From assembly GCF_006345805.1 (NCBI RefSeq), contig NC_043004.1:71858001-71922000 (forward strand): 64,000 bases of DNA, in the 5' to 3' direction. The translations under genes and the position numbers were made by a program. Source of the stretch: Octopus sinensis (lineage: Eukaryota). The notes under the pieces were generated by a model. It was not told the DNA's origin, did no database searches, and saw nothing but the letters and a program-made list of their open reading frames with translations. This document shows positions 11,379 through 21,562 of this stretch, in pieces. The first letter of the stretch is position 1; each line of letters begins with the position of its first letter.

Positions 11379-11382
<4 letters not shown>
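11181..11382. repeat. ~200-bp palindrome between microsatellites
   Basis: TATCAACAACTTATAA...CTAATGCCAAATATGCCGAAATTGG pairs with CCAATTTCGGCATATTTGGCATTAG...TTATAAGTTGTTGATA. Confidence 0.85.
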
Positions 11383-11441
<59 letters not shown>

Positions 11442-11614
11442 CGTATGTGTGTGTGTGTATGTATGTATGTATATGATGTATTGTGGATGTAGGGAAAGAA
11501 ATCCAATAAACTTCAACAATTTAGTTAAAAATGGGAGAAGTAAAGTATATAAGCGAATATTGATTCATGCAGACGATTGTTTCGTTCAGACAGATAAAAA
11601 TAATGCAAATTTAT

Positions 11615-11651
<37 letters not shown>

Positions 11652-11769
11652 GTGTATATTCAAAGCGCAAAAACCACTAGGTGGTCAGCCGTATGCTAGA
11701 GTTAGATCACCTACGATCAAACTACAAAGAAAAGAATGTTCTCTAGAGGTGTTCCGCTGAATATAGATA

Positions 11770-11927
11770 TACGACAAGCTTCTTTCTTTTCCGTCTACCA
11801 AATCCACTCAAGGCTTTGGTCGGTGCGAGGCTATAGCTGAAGACACCCAAGTGCCACGCAGTGGGACTGAACCCGGAACCATGTAGTTGGTAAACAAGCT
11901 GCTTACCACACAGCCACTCCTGTGCCT
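11770..11927 (-). mobile_element. tRNA-derived SINE family 2, 5' portion
   Basis: Minus strand GGCACAGGAGTGGCTGTGTGGTAAG...GGTTCCGGGTTCAGTCCC (A and B boxes). Confidence 0.8.
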
Positions 11928-11936
11928 ATAACGAAA

Positions 11937-12052
11937 TGCTTACCGCACCTAGGTTTCCCAAGTAGTCACCCATCTAAGTACTAACTAGGCTCGACGTTGT
12001 TTAACTTCGGTGATCAGTCGAGAAACGGTGCTTTCAACGTGATCTGGTCGTA
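11937..12052 (-). pseudogene. 5S rRNA pseudogene, near full length
   Basis: Minus strand TACGACCAGATCACGTTGAAAGCACCGTTTCTCGACTGATCACCGAAGTTAAACAACGTCGAGCCTAGTTAGTACTTAGATGGGTGACTACTTGGGAAACCTAGGTGCGGTAAGCA matches the molluscan 5S pattern with several substitutions; single dispersed copy. Confidence 0.9.
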
Positions 12053-12249
12053 TTTATATAAATATCAATATGTATACATATATACTTACAAAGATTCAGA
12101 CGCTCTCTCACACATAACTCTGATAGCTCTATGTGATGTGCTTCGAGAACAATTATGCAAAAAGACAAAAATATTTCATATTCTATCGGAACTTCATAAA
12201 ATTCTTAAGATGTGAGTATATATATATATATGTGTGTGTGTATATAAAT

Positions 12250-12730
12250 ATTAAATTTCTAAATCTCTCATAGAGATATGTACGGTGGTGGGGCGATAGA
12301 ATGGTTGTATACTCTCAATCTAACGTGAACGTGACAGTAGGGGGTTACACCACCGCTGTTTAGCCTTAGGAAGCATCGACGCTTTGTGATGGCTTCGACA
12401 CATTTTTCCTGTGTCCTTATATACATTTACGAAGGGGAGACACACACCCCCAGCAGCCAGGCCTGTATCTAGAGACACGCATGTTTCAGGATCATTGTCC
12501 ATCATCGGTCAGTAGCAGATGCCCGCCAGACGAGAATATCTGTCCTGATTCGCAAATGTATATATCTAATTTTCAATGAAGTTTATTCACTGTCTCCCCT
12601 TCGTAAATGTATATAAGGACACTGGAAAAAATGTGTCGAAGCCATCAGAAAGCGGCGATGCTTCCTAGGGCTAAACAGCGGTGGTGTAACCCCCTACTGT
12701 CACGTTCACATTAGATTGACAGTATACAAC
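12250..12730. mobile_element. Inverted pair (~135 bp arms) of a repeat family also flanking ORF1 copy D; probably PLE pseudo-LTRs
   Basis: 12305-12441 is the reverse complement of 12591-12730; GATGCTTCCTAGGGCTAAA...GGTGGTGTAA...GACAGTATAC is shared with 34040-34115. Confidence 0.6.
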
Positions 12731-12750
12731 TATTATATATATATATATAT

Positions 12751-12795
<45 letters not shown>

Positions 12796-12968
12796 AAAAC
12801 TATTTGATTACACCTGCGTTAACTCCATTTTTTATTCATATATATATATATATACAATGGTTGTATACTGTCAATTATATATATATATATATATATAATT
12901 GACAGTATACAACCATTGTATATATATATATATGAATAAAAATGGAGTTAACGCAGGTGTAATCAATA

Positions 12969-13061
12969 TTTTTACTTTCGACACATGTTTCAAAAATTCC
13001 ACTAATACTATTCAAAAGAATAAATGGTATAAACAATGCAATCTTCTCCTCAGGAAAGTAA
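12969..13061 (-). ncRNA. Type I hammerhead ribozyme in PLE pseudo-LTR (copies at about 14461-14552 and 31172-31262)
   Basis: Minus strand TTTTACTTTC-CTGAGGA-...-GAAAC-ATGT-GTC-GAAAGTAAAA: 10-bp stem I, intact core, GUC cleavage triplet, palindromic stem III (ACATGT). Confidence 0.75.
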
Positions 13062-13110
13062 AAAAAACGAAACCCGTCAATAAGACATTTAAGCAAATTT
13101 TGATGACGAT

Positions 13111-14260
13111 ATGACGAAGGCCAACTTTTTAGATATTACGCTTAATTTACACAGTGACTCTTACCTCCCATATCGTAAACCGTTGACCAATCTTAAGTAT
13201 ATTAGCAAATTTAGTAATCATCCTGGAGCAATTACTAAGAACTTAGTTAAGAATATTTCATTTAGATTATCTAAATTATCTGCAAATGTTGATATTTTCA
13301 ATAATAACGCTGAATTCTATAACTCTGCCTTAATCAAAGCAGGTTATACAGAGAAAATTTTCTACATAGATTCTGCTCAGTCTAATTGTAAATTCAATAA
13401 TGTAGATAAGATTTCTAGTCGTAAAATAATTATTGATAACAAATATAACTTACGCACCGATACAAAGCGAATGAAGGCAGATAACCCTTATTTAATCCCC
13501 TATTATCGATCTAAAAGTAAATATAACACCTTCAAAAGTAATTACGCTATGAATACTAGTAAAAATATTTGGTTAATAATTCCTTACGGGAGACAAATTA
13601 AATCTAATCTCCCACTGCTGTTTCGTCAAGGTATTACTAGGAATTTTCCAAACAATTCTAGATATTACTCTATAATCAATTCACATAAGGTTAGGATAGG
13701 TTTTTCAAACACAAAAAATCTCTTGCAAATTATCTCTTCTCATAATAACAAACTGTTAAATATTAATACATTTACTAATACTAACATTAATTTAGCTAAT
13801 ACCATCCAACTCTCTAGAAATATTAATAACAAGGTTATTGTATCTGAAGTCAATTCCAATAGAATTAAGTTTATGTCAAGTAACTCTAAGGTTAAAAATT
13901 CTATATACCAGTGTATAATCAGTACTCGTAATAAAGTACGATTTTACATTGGAAGCACATCGTTAGAGTTATCTAAAAGAATTTCTATCCATTACTCAAC
14001 GTTTAGGGATAGAAATAAACGGAATAGTAGCGGTCTCAGCAAACTGATTTGGGATTTAAAAGACCACAATGAACAATTTCATTTAGAATGGTTGATTCTC
14101 TCAATTTCGATACCATATGACAAAAGGCAAGAAATTCTGTCTTCTCTGCAATTCTGAGCTATTTTTCATTACTTTTTCTAAAAATACTCTAGTAAACACG
14201 GTTATAGAGCGAGCATACAGATGTAAGCATTGGCAAAAACATACATTTAGTGCATATAAG
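13111..14260 (+). pseudogene. PLE RT thumb plus GIY-YIG endonuclease; frameshift near the end
   Basis: NFLDITL..PYRKP..YI..SNHP..LSKLS; NSIY..FYIGST..KRISIHYSTF..LSKLIWDLK; after the frameshift KFCLLCNSELFFI...CKH. Confidence 0.9.
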
Positions 14261-14740
14261 TAGTCTCTATCATTATATATAATTTAAACTTTAATTTCCT
14301 TTATATTTAACATTCACTATTAATATCCCTACTGTTTTTGTTAGCTACTTATGACGTTCTATCATATAACGTTTTTTAAACAATATTAATAGCGTTCTGT
14401 CTATCGCTATACAAATCCATCATCTTTTGCTAAAATGTTTTATTGACGAGTTTCGTTTTTTTCACTTTACTGAGGAGAAGATTGCATTGTTTATACCATT
14501 TATTCTTTTGAATATTATCAGTGGAATTTTCGAAACATGTGTCGAAAGTAAAAATATTTGATTACACCTGCGTTAACTCCATTTTTTTATTCATATTATT
14601 CAAAATATTCAACGTAAACACAAAGTTTCTACCTTTATAAACAAGGAGTTACAACACCTTTACTTGTGAGATTTTTGCTGCACTGGTAACTATTTATTAA
14701 TTTTTTCCGTGTTAACAGTTAACAAGGTAAAAATACACTC

Positions 14741-14812
<72 letters not shown>

Positions 14813-16365
14813 TTATATATATATATATATCTTTATATATATATATATACGTGCACGTATGAAGTAAGAGTGAGAGAAAAAGGCAAAGAGACTGGGAAGA
14901 GAAAGTGGAGAGAGGGAGAAGGGAGGAGAGAGGGGGTGAAGCGAGAGAGAGATTGAAGAACACGGAAAGAATTTGGGATTAATTAACAATCAAAAGTATT
15001 AAACAAATGTAAAGAGTTGTTATAACGTTTCGGACATTTGTTTTTCTTCGAATGTGAGTGGAGTGGAAAAAGAAGTAAGACGAAGAAAAACCGAAAAAAT
15101 GTAAGTCACACTCGTGGTAAAAATGTGCACTTTGGTCTGATGTACGTGGTAATATGGCGATGTTTGTATGGATGTATGTATGACTGTATGTATGTGTCTA
15201 CATGTGCGTGTGTATGTATGTATTTATGTTAGGTATGTATGCATCTATGCATGTGTGCATATACTTATGTATGTTTGTATGTATATATGTATGCATGTAT
15301 AACTGTATGTATGTGTGCGCGTGTGTGTATGTATGTATGTATGTATGTATTTATGCATGTGTGCATGTTCTTAGGTATGTATTTCTGTATGTATGTACGT
15401 GTGTGTAAATATATGTATGTATGCGTGTGTATGAATCTGTATGTGTGTATGTATGTACGTATTCATGCATGTATGTATGTATGTGTATGTATATATGTAT
15501 GTATGTATGTATGTGTGTATAGGTATGTAAGTATGTATGTATGAGTGTATGATGTATATATGTATGTATGTATGTATGTACGTGTTTGTATATATATATA
15601 TATGTATGTATGTGTAGGTATGAATCTATATGTGTGTGTATGTATATACGTATGCATGCATGTATGCATGTAGGTGTATGTATGTATGTATGTATGTATG
15701 TATGTATGTATGTATGTATGCATGTATGAATGTGTGTGTATGTATGTGTGTGTGCCTCAGTTTTAACGTTCTAGCTTACTTCCGCTGTTTACATCATTGG
15801 TTTGGAAGGACGGTGTCTAGTGTGTGATCGGCGCACTGACTATGACAGAAAGTTGTCATGGTAATACCTGCTCAGAGGCCTATGCGATGTTGTAGAAAGC
15901 ATATGGAGAGGAGTGTATGGGCCACACACAAGTGTAGGAGTAGTTCAGACGTTTCCGAGATGGACGAGAAAATGTCGATAGTGACTAACGTTCTGGGAGA
16001 CCCGTAACCAGCAAAAGCAGAAAAAACATCACTGATGTTCGTGCAGAGTGAGGGGAAATGGACGAATCGCAATCCCTGAGTTATGAGAGGATGTCAAGAT
16101 GAGTTACGGTTCAGTCCATCATCACTGAAAATTTGGGTATGAAACGTATGTTTGCCAAGTTTGTATCAAAACTGCTTTCAACTGACCAAAATGACACTCG
16201 GGTTTCAATTGCACAAGATCTCCTTGATTGTACGTTATTTATATTTGACGGATATTTGTTCTCATCTTGCTGGTTGTTAACACAACGCTTCGGCTGTTAT
16301 ACCCTCCAGCCATCATCAGGTGTCTTGGGGAAATTTCGAACCTGGGTTATTTGTTGTTGTTGTTG

Positions 16366-16434
<69 letters not shown>

Positions 16435-18529
16435 TCACTGCTTGAAATCGAAGTCAGAATCTTGGGGGTTAGAAGCCCGAGCTCTTAACCACTACGCCAT
16501 ATACTCAAGGGCAATTATAGAGTGAATTTTAAGGCTTATAAATCCAATATTTTCCTATCCTTCCTTAATACGGGTGCCCATCTGCTACACATATCTGCAC
16601 TCAGTCTGCTTAGGAGATTGTTGTGTCCTAGCATATGTGTTGCTTCTTTTAGTTTTCGTAGTTTCCAGTGGTGTTCGCTGTCTGTAATTTTAATTTCATC
16701 TCACGGAGGTGTGTCCCTATTTTTCCATACATGATCAACTATAACCGATTTATCAATATCTCCTCGTGTCACAGCTTTGCGATATTCGTCTACGCTTATG
16801 TCGAGGGGGCGGCATGTTTCGCATTTGTATAACCTACCACAACTTCATGGGGTGGAATACACGCAGTTCTTAGTCATATTCTCTTCTATTGGCGTGTTTT
16901 ACTCGAAGGAGATATTTCCGAAGTGTTGTATTACACTTGAATACTGACCTGATGTCACGTATATCTTTTGTATCTTTTCGGAGAGGCCTTTCACATAGCG
17001 TAGACAGACTGTGGATAGTTTATTGGTTTCTTCCTCTCTTTTCTTCGCAATTGGAGTGGATAGTATGTTTTTGGGATAGCTGTTGCTTAATCGATTGTTA
17101 TTAAACTTGATAATTTCTCCGTGGTGTGTTTCCCGATCGCTACTTATATTCTTTGCTCGATGTTTTAGGCACTGAGCAATCCCTCTCTTTACACCCTATG
17201 GATTGTGGGAATTGAAGTTGAGGTATCGTCCAGTGAAGGTCGGCTTGCAATATACAGATGTCCTGAATTCATACTTGGTGCGTGCTATTAATACGTCCAG
17301 GAATGCTAGCTGATTGTCTTTTTCCCTTTTTCATTGTGAACTGTATGTATGGCTTTATTGAGGTCACACGATCTAGCAGCACTTGGACATCTTCCTAATG
17401 GAGCCAGAGTATACTAATAAGAAACTTCATGGAAATGTTGAATTTCTGTGCAGAAACTACCTACTTCAGTATGGACACTGATGTATATATTGACAAAAAG
17501 CGGGTTCAGCTATGGGTTCGCCATTATCACCGATAATAGCGAATATATAAATGGAATAGTTTGAGAATTGACGTTAGGATCAACACCACTAAAACCAACC
17601 CTATGGCTGTGATATGCTCATGACACATTTATACTCTGGCCCCACCAGGAACATGTCCAAGTGCTGTTAGATCATGTGAACTCAATAAAGCAATCCATAG
17701 AGTTCACAATGGAAAAGGGGAAAGACAATCAGTTAGCATTCCTGGACGTATTAAAAACACGCACCAAGTATGGATTCAGGACATCCGCATACCTCAAGCC
17801 GACCTTCACTGGACGATACCTCAACTTCAATTCCCACAATAGTGTAAAGAGATGGATTGCTCAGTGCCTAAAACATCGAGCAAAGAATATAAGTAGCGAT
17901 CGTGAAACACACCACGAAGAAATTATCAAGTTTAATAACAATCTATTAAGCAACAACAACCCCAAAAACATACTATCCACCCCGATTATGAAGAAAAGAG
18001 GGGATGAAACCAATAAGCCGTCCACAGTCTGTCTACGCTATGTGAAAGGCCTCTCCGAAAAGATACAAAAGATATGCGACCCATGTGACATCAGGTCAGT
18101 ATTCAAGTGTACTACAACACTTCGCAAATATCTTCTTCGAGTAAAACCACCAATAGAAGAGAATGTGTCAAAGATTGCATGTATTCCATCCCATGCAGCT
18201 GTGATAGGTTATACAAAGACGAAACATGCCACCCCCTCGAAATAAGGGAAGACAAACATCGCAAAGCTGTAACACAGGGAGATATTGATAAATCGGTTAT
18301 AGTTGATGATATATGGAAAAATAGGGACCCACACCCGTGGGATGAAGTTAAAATAACAGGCAGCGAACTGGAAGATACGAAAACTATAAGAAGCAGCACA
18401 TATGCTAGGACTCAACAACTTCCTAAGCAGATCGAGTGCAGATATCAGTAGCAGATGGGCACCCGTATTAAGGAAGGATAGGAAAATATTGGATTTATAA
18501 GCCCTAAATTTCACTCTATAATAGTCCTT

Positions 18530-18602
18530 GGGCATATGGCGTAGTGGTTAAGAGCGCGGGCTACTAACCCCAAGATTCTGACTTCGATTTCAGGCAGTGA
18601 CC
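18530..18602 (+). promoter_or_regulatory. tRNA-like Pol III promoter module inside the PLE pseudo-LTR
   Basis: A box TGGCGTAGTGG, anticodon-like loop GGG-CTACTAA-CCC, B box TTCGATT (GTTCGATTCC in the copy at 44747). Confidence 0.7.
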
Positions 18603-18679
18603 TGAATAATAATAATAATAATATATAATAATAATATTAATAATAATAACAACATCGAAGAATACCTTAGGAATGAGAA

Positions 18680-18725
18680 GACACCTGATGAAGGCTGGAG
18701 GGTATATCAGCCAAAACGTTGTGTC
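18680..18725 (+). ncRNA. Minimal hammerhead ribozyme in PLE pseudo-LTR (GAAA mutated to AAAA here; intact at 44881-44925)
   Basis: GACAC-CTGATGA-A-GGCTG...CAGCC-(G/A)AAAC-GTT-GTGTC. Confidence 0.7.
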
Positions 18726-19662
18726 AACAACAAATAAGATAACGACAAATATCAGTCAAATGTAAATAATGTAAATAATGTACATTTTCCTCATCTCTTA
18801 AATATAGAACTGCACCCCTTGATTGAGTCGAGAACGATGAAAAGTTTGCGTAGGCCTCTGAGCAGGTATCGCCAAGCTTTTAGTAAAATTTAATGCAGAT
18901 TCTCTGTTCAACTTTCTCTGTCATGGGCAATGCGACAATCACACACTACACACGTTCCTTCCAAGCACTGTTGTAAACAGCGAAGTGAGCTAGAACGTTA
19001 AAACCTAGTCCACATGTAGAGCAGAGTCCAAGGTCAATCTCTTCCAAGTAGCTTTACACTGCATGCTTCAGCTTCCTTACTATGGCAAGAGTCCGGATAC
19101 TTGTTGCTGAGACCACGTATGCAAACGAAGTTTCGTGAACGATGTATTTTACATGAGTACGACATTTATTCTCATTAGAGTTAATGGTTGCAGGCCGAAA
19201 GAACCTGAAATGAAAAGATTTGCGAAAAAATATCAACTAAATTATAGATAGTTGTCACAAGCATACAAATGGTGCATAGTCGGGTAAATCAGGAATATTT
19301 ATGAAATTACAAAAATAGTATTTAGAGAGTAGTTTTAAGCATTGCACCTACTTAATATTAGTTCTGAATGTATTGAAAATTTACATTATAGACATACATA
19401 TATATATGCACAGATATAAATACACACACACACACACACATGCAGTAGAAGATATGAAGATGAATTAAATAGATCGAGGCAAATCAATAGCACAGTAATG
19501 AAGGACACTGCGTCTTTTGGTTTGACAAAAACAGAAAAAAAAATCGGAGAACTCAGTTAAATAAACTATTTGAATTGGTGGCAAATTCAAAAGCATATCA
19601 ATCGACCAACCCACCTACCTATCTACCTACCTACCTACCTCGCTACTTACCTATATTTGTAC

Positions 19663-20282
19663 ACAGAACGTAGCGGTAGACGAAATACCTATTTCTTTAT
19701 TGCCCACAAGGGGCTAAACACAGAGGGGACAAACAAGGACAGACATAGGTATTAAGTCGATTACATCGACCCAGTGCGTAACTGGTACTTAATTTATCGA
19801 CCCCGAAAGGATGAAAAGCAAAGTCGACCTCGGCGGAATTTGAACTCACAACGTAACGCAGACAAAATACCTATTTCTTTACTACCCACAAGGGGCTAAA
19901 CACAGACAGGACAAACAAGGACAGACAAACGGATTAAGTCGATTATATCGACCCCAGTGCGTAACTGGTACTCATTTAATCGACCCCGAAAGGATGAAAG
20001 GCAAAGTCGACCTCGGCGAAATTTGAACTCAGAACGTAACCGCAAACGAAATACATATTTCTTTATTACTCACAAGGGGCTAAACATAGAGGGGACAAAC
20101 AAGGACAGACATAGGTATTAAGTCGATTACATCGACCCCAGTGCGTAACTGGTACTTAATTTATCGACCCCGAAAGGATGAAAGGCAAAGTCGACCTCGG
20201 CGGAATTTGAACTCACAACGTAGCGACAGACGAAATACCGCTACGCATTTCGCCAGCGTGCTAACGTTTCAGCTAGCTCACC
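19663..20282 (-). mobile_element. tRNA-derived SINE family 1: one head plus three tandem ~185-bp units
   Basis: Repeated GAGTTCAAATTCCGCCGAGGTCGACTTTGCC...GCCCCTTGTGGG(C/T)A(A/G)TAAAGAAATAG; single head at about 20230-20282. Confidence 0.9.
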
Positions 20283-20502
20283 CTACCTATCTATCTATCT
20301 GTCTGTCTGTCTGTCTTTCTCTCTCTCTCTTTATCTCTCTCTCTCTATCTATCTATCTATTCATCTATCTATCTATCTATCTATCCATCTATCTATCTGT
20401 CTGTCTGTGTGTCTGTCCGTCTATCCGTGTATCTTTCTGTCCGTCTATCCGTGTATCTTTCTGTCCGCCTGTCTGTCTGTCTGTCTATCTGCCTATCTAC
20501 AC

Positions 20503-21486
20503 GTACAGGGATGGGGAAACATAGATATACATTCGCTTAATATTAGTGGAATGTTCTTTTCTAAAATAGAAATATCATTATTTCTAATTCTCTCTAAAGG
20601 AGACTACGGCAGCGGTACTGGATATTAATAGTTATCGCCAAGCTAATATGGCAGTCCTGAAAAATAGGACGAATGCTGCCGTTGATTAGCTCCAAGAGAC
20701 CATCGCCTCTAACTAGCTATGTGACACACAAACCTGTGTCCATTATAACCTTCGTACAGGAGAGGTCAGCAGCTTCCCCTTGCTGTTCGGGCATCCACAG
20801 TGATAAGGAGCAAACACCTCGAAACTATTCTATGGATGCCGGACAAGCAAGGGGAAGCTGCGGACATCCTTTGTTCCAAGGTTATAATGGACGCAAGTTT
20901 GTCTGTCACATAGCTAGCTAGAGGCGATGGAGCTAATCAGCGACAGCATTCGTCCTATTTTTCAGGACTGCCATGTTAGCTTGGCGACAGCTATTAATAA
21001 TGTTCTTTTCATTTCTCTTTTTCCTTTTTAGGATAAGAATTCTATGATTCTATGTTCTTTTGAACTAATTATTTCTATTATAAAATAATTATCCATAGCT
21101 TCAGATATTTATGGTTGGAAATTTGACTAACGATGAGCGAAATTAGATTATCAAGCAATACTGGGAAACAGAATGTAGAAATGGTTAGACAGAAATGGAC
21201 AGAAGAATATCAAAGACCAATTCCGTCAAAATTAGCAGTTTACAGAATACCTAACAACAGGGTCCATTTGCTATGCACAGAAAAGGGGTGACTGGTCGGT
21301 GTTGGCGCTGAAGAAAATGAGTTGTTTGAAGATCAAGCATTCACTCAAAGTCCTCATAAATATAAAAGAAGAGGGCTTGCGATGAACTTAGCATCTTCTG
21401 CAGTTCCCTTAGTTGACTGATGAAGAAATAGTGAAATGAACATTTCATTCATATTAAGCAGCCATATACCTACATTTGCCCACTGC

Positions 21487-21490
<4 letters not shown>
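20503..21490 (+). mobile_element. Degraded Tc1/mariner-like non-autonomous element hosting a MITE
   Basis: TACAG...CTGTA termini; transposase-like N-terminal remnant (KLTNDERN.IIKQYWETE) near 21120. Confidence 0.4.
20623..20999. mobile_element. Palindromic MITE (~375 bp)
   Basis: TATTAATAGTTATCGCCAAGCTAATATGGCAGTCCTGAAAAATAGGACGAATGCTG pairs with CAGCATTCGTCCTATTTTTCAGGACTGCCATGTTAGCTTGGCGACAGCTATTAATA; pairing continues to the centre. Confidence 0.85.
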
Positions 21491-21532
<42 letters not shown>

Positions 21533-21562
21533 TGTGTGTGTATGTATGTGTGTGTGTGTGTG

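Larger units (their letters stand above)
12930..14596 (+). mobile_element. 5'-truncated Penelope-like element (Naiad-type) with inverted 5' partial pseudo-LTR and 3' pseudo-LTR
   Basis: 12932-13083 is the reverse complement of 14440-14595; a solo pseudo-LTR copy lies at 30990-31305. Confidence 0.85.
16231..18812 (+). mobile_element. Penelope/Poseidon-type PLE remnant with a ~1.18-kb inverted duplication of its 3' half
   Basis: Plus-strand RT motifs AMGSPLSPIIANI, degenerate W.RY.DD, FTMEK..NQLAFLDV, KPTFTGRYLNFNSH; GIY-YIG remnant YSIPCSCDRLY; 16231-17413 is the reverse complement of about 17630-18790; CCTTGATTG duplicated at 16222-16230 and 18817-18825. Confidence 0.9.
15761..19119. mobile_element. 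Non-autonomous mariner derivative with long inverted ends, split by a PLE insertion
   Basis: 15761-15870 is inverted relative to 18900-19005; transposase remnant (LGMKRMFAKFVSKLLS..Q..TRVSIAQDLL); end GTCCGGATACTT...ACGTA; another right-end copy at 52236-52536. Confidence 0.65.

Noticed and set aside
11937-12052. Functional 5S rRNA gene
   Set aside because: Single dispersed copy, first bases missing, several substitutions, and no T4 terminator.
18530-18602. Functional tRNA-Ser(ACT) gene
   Set aside because: Acceptor and T stems pair poorly, there is no long variable arm, and it is embedded in a multi-copy pseudo-LTR.
19663-20282. Regularly spaced repeats resembling a CRISPR array
   Set aside because: The whole ~185-bp unit repeats with no unique spacers; it is a eukaryotic SINE concatemer and there are no cas genes.
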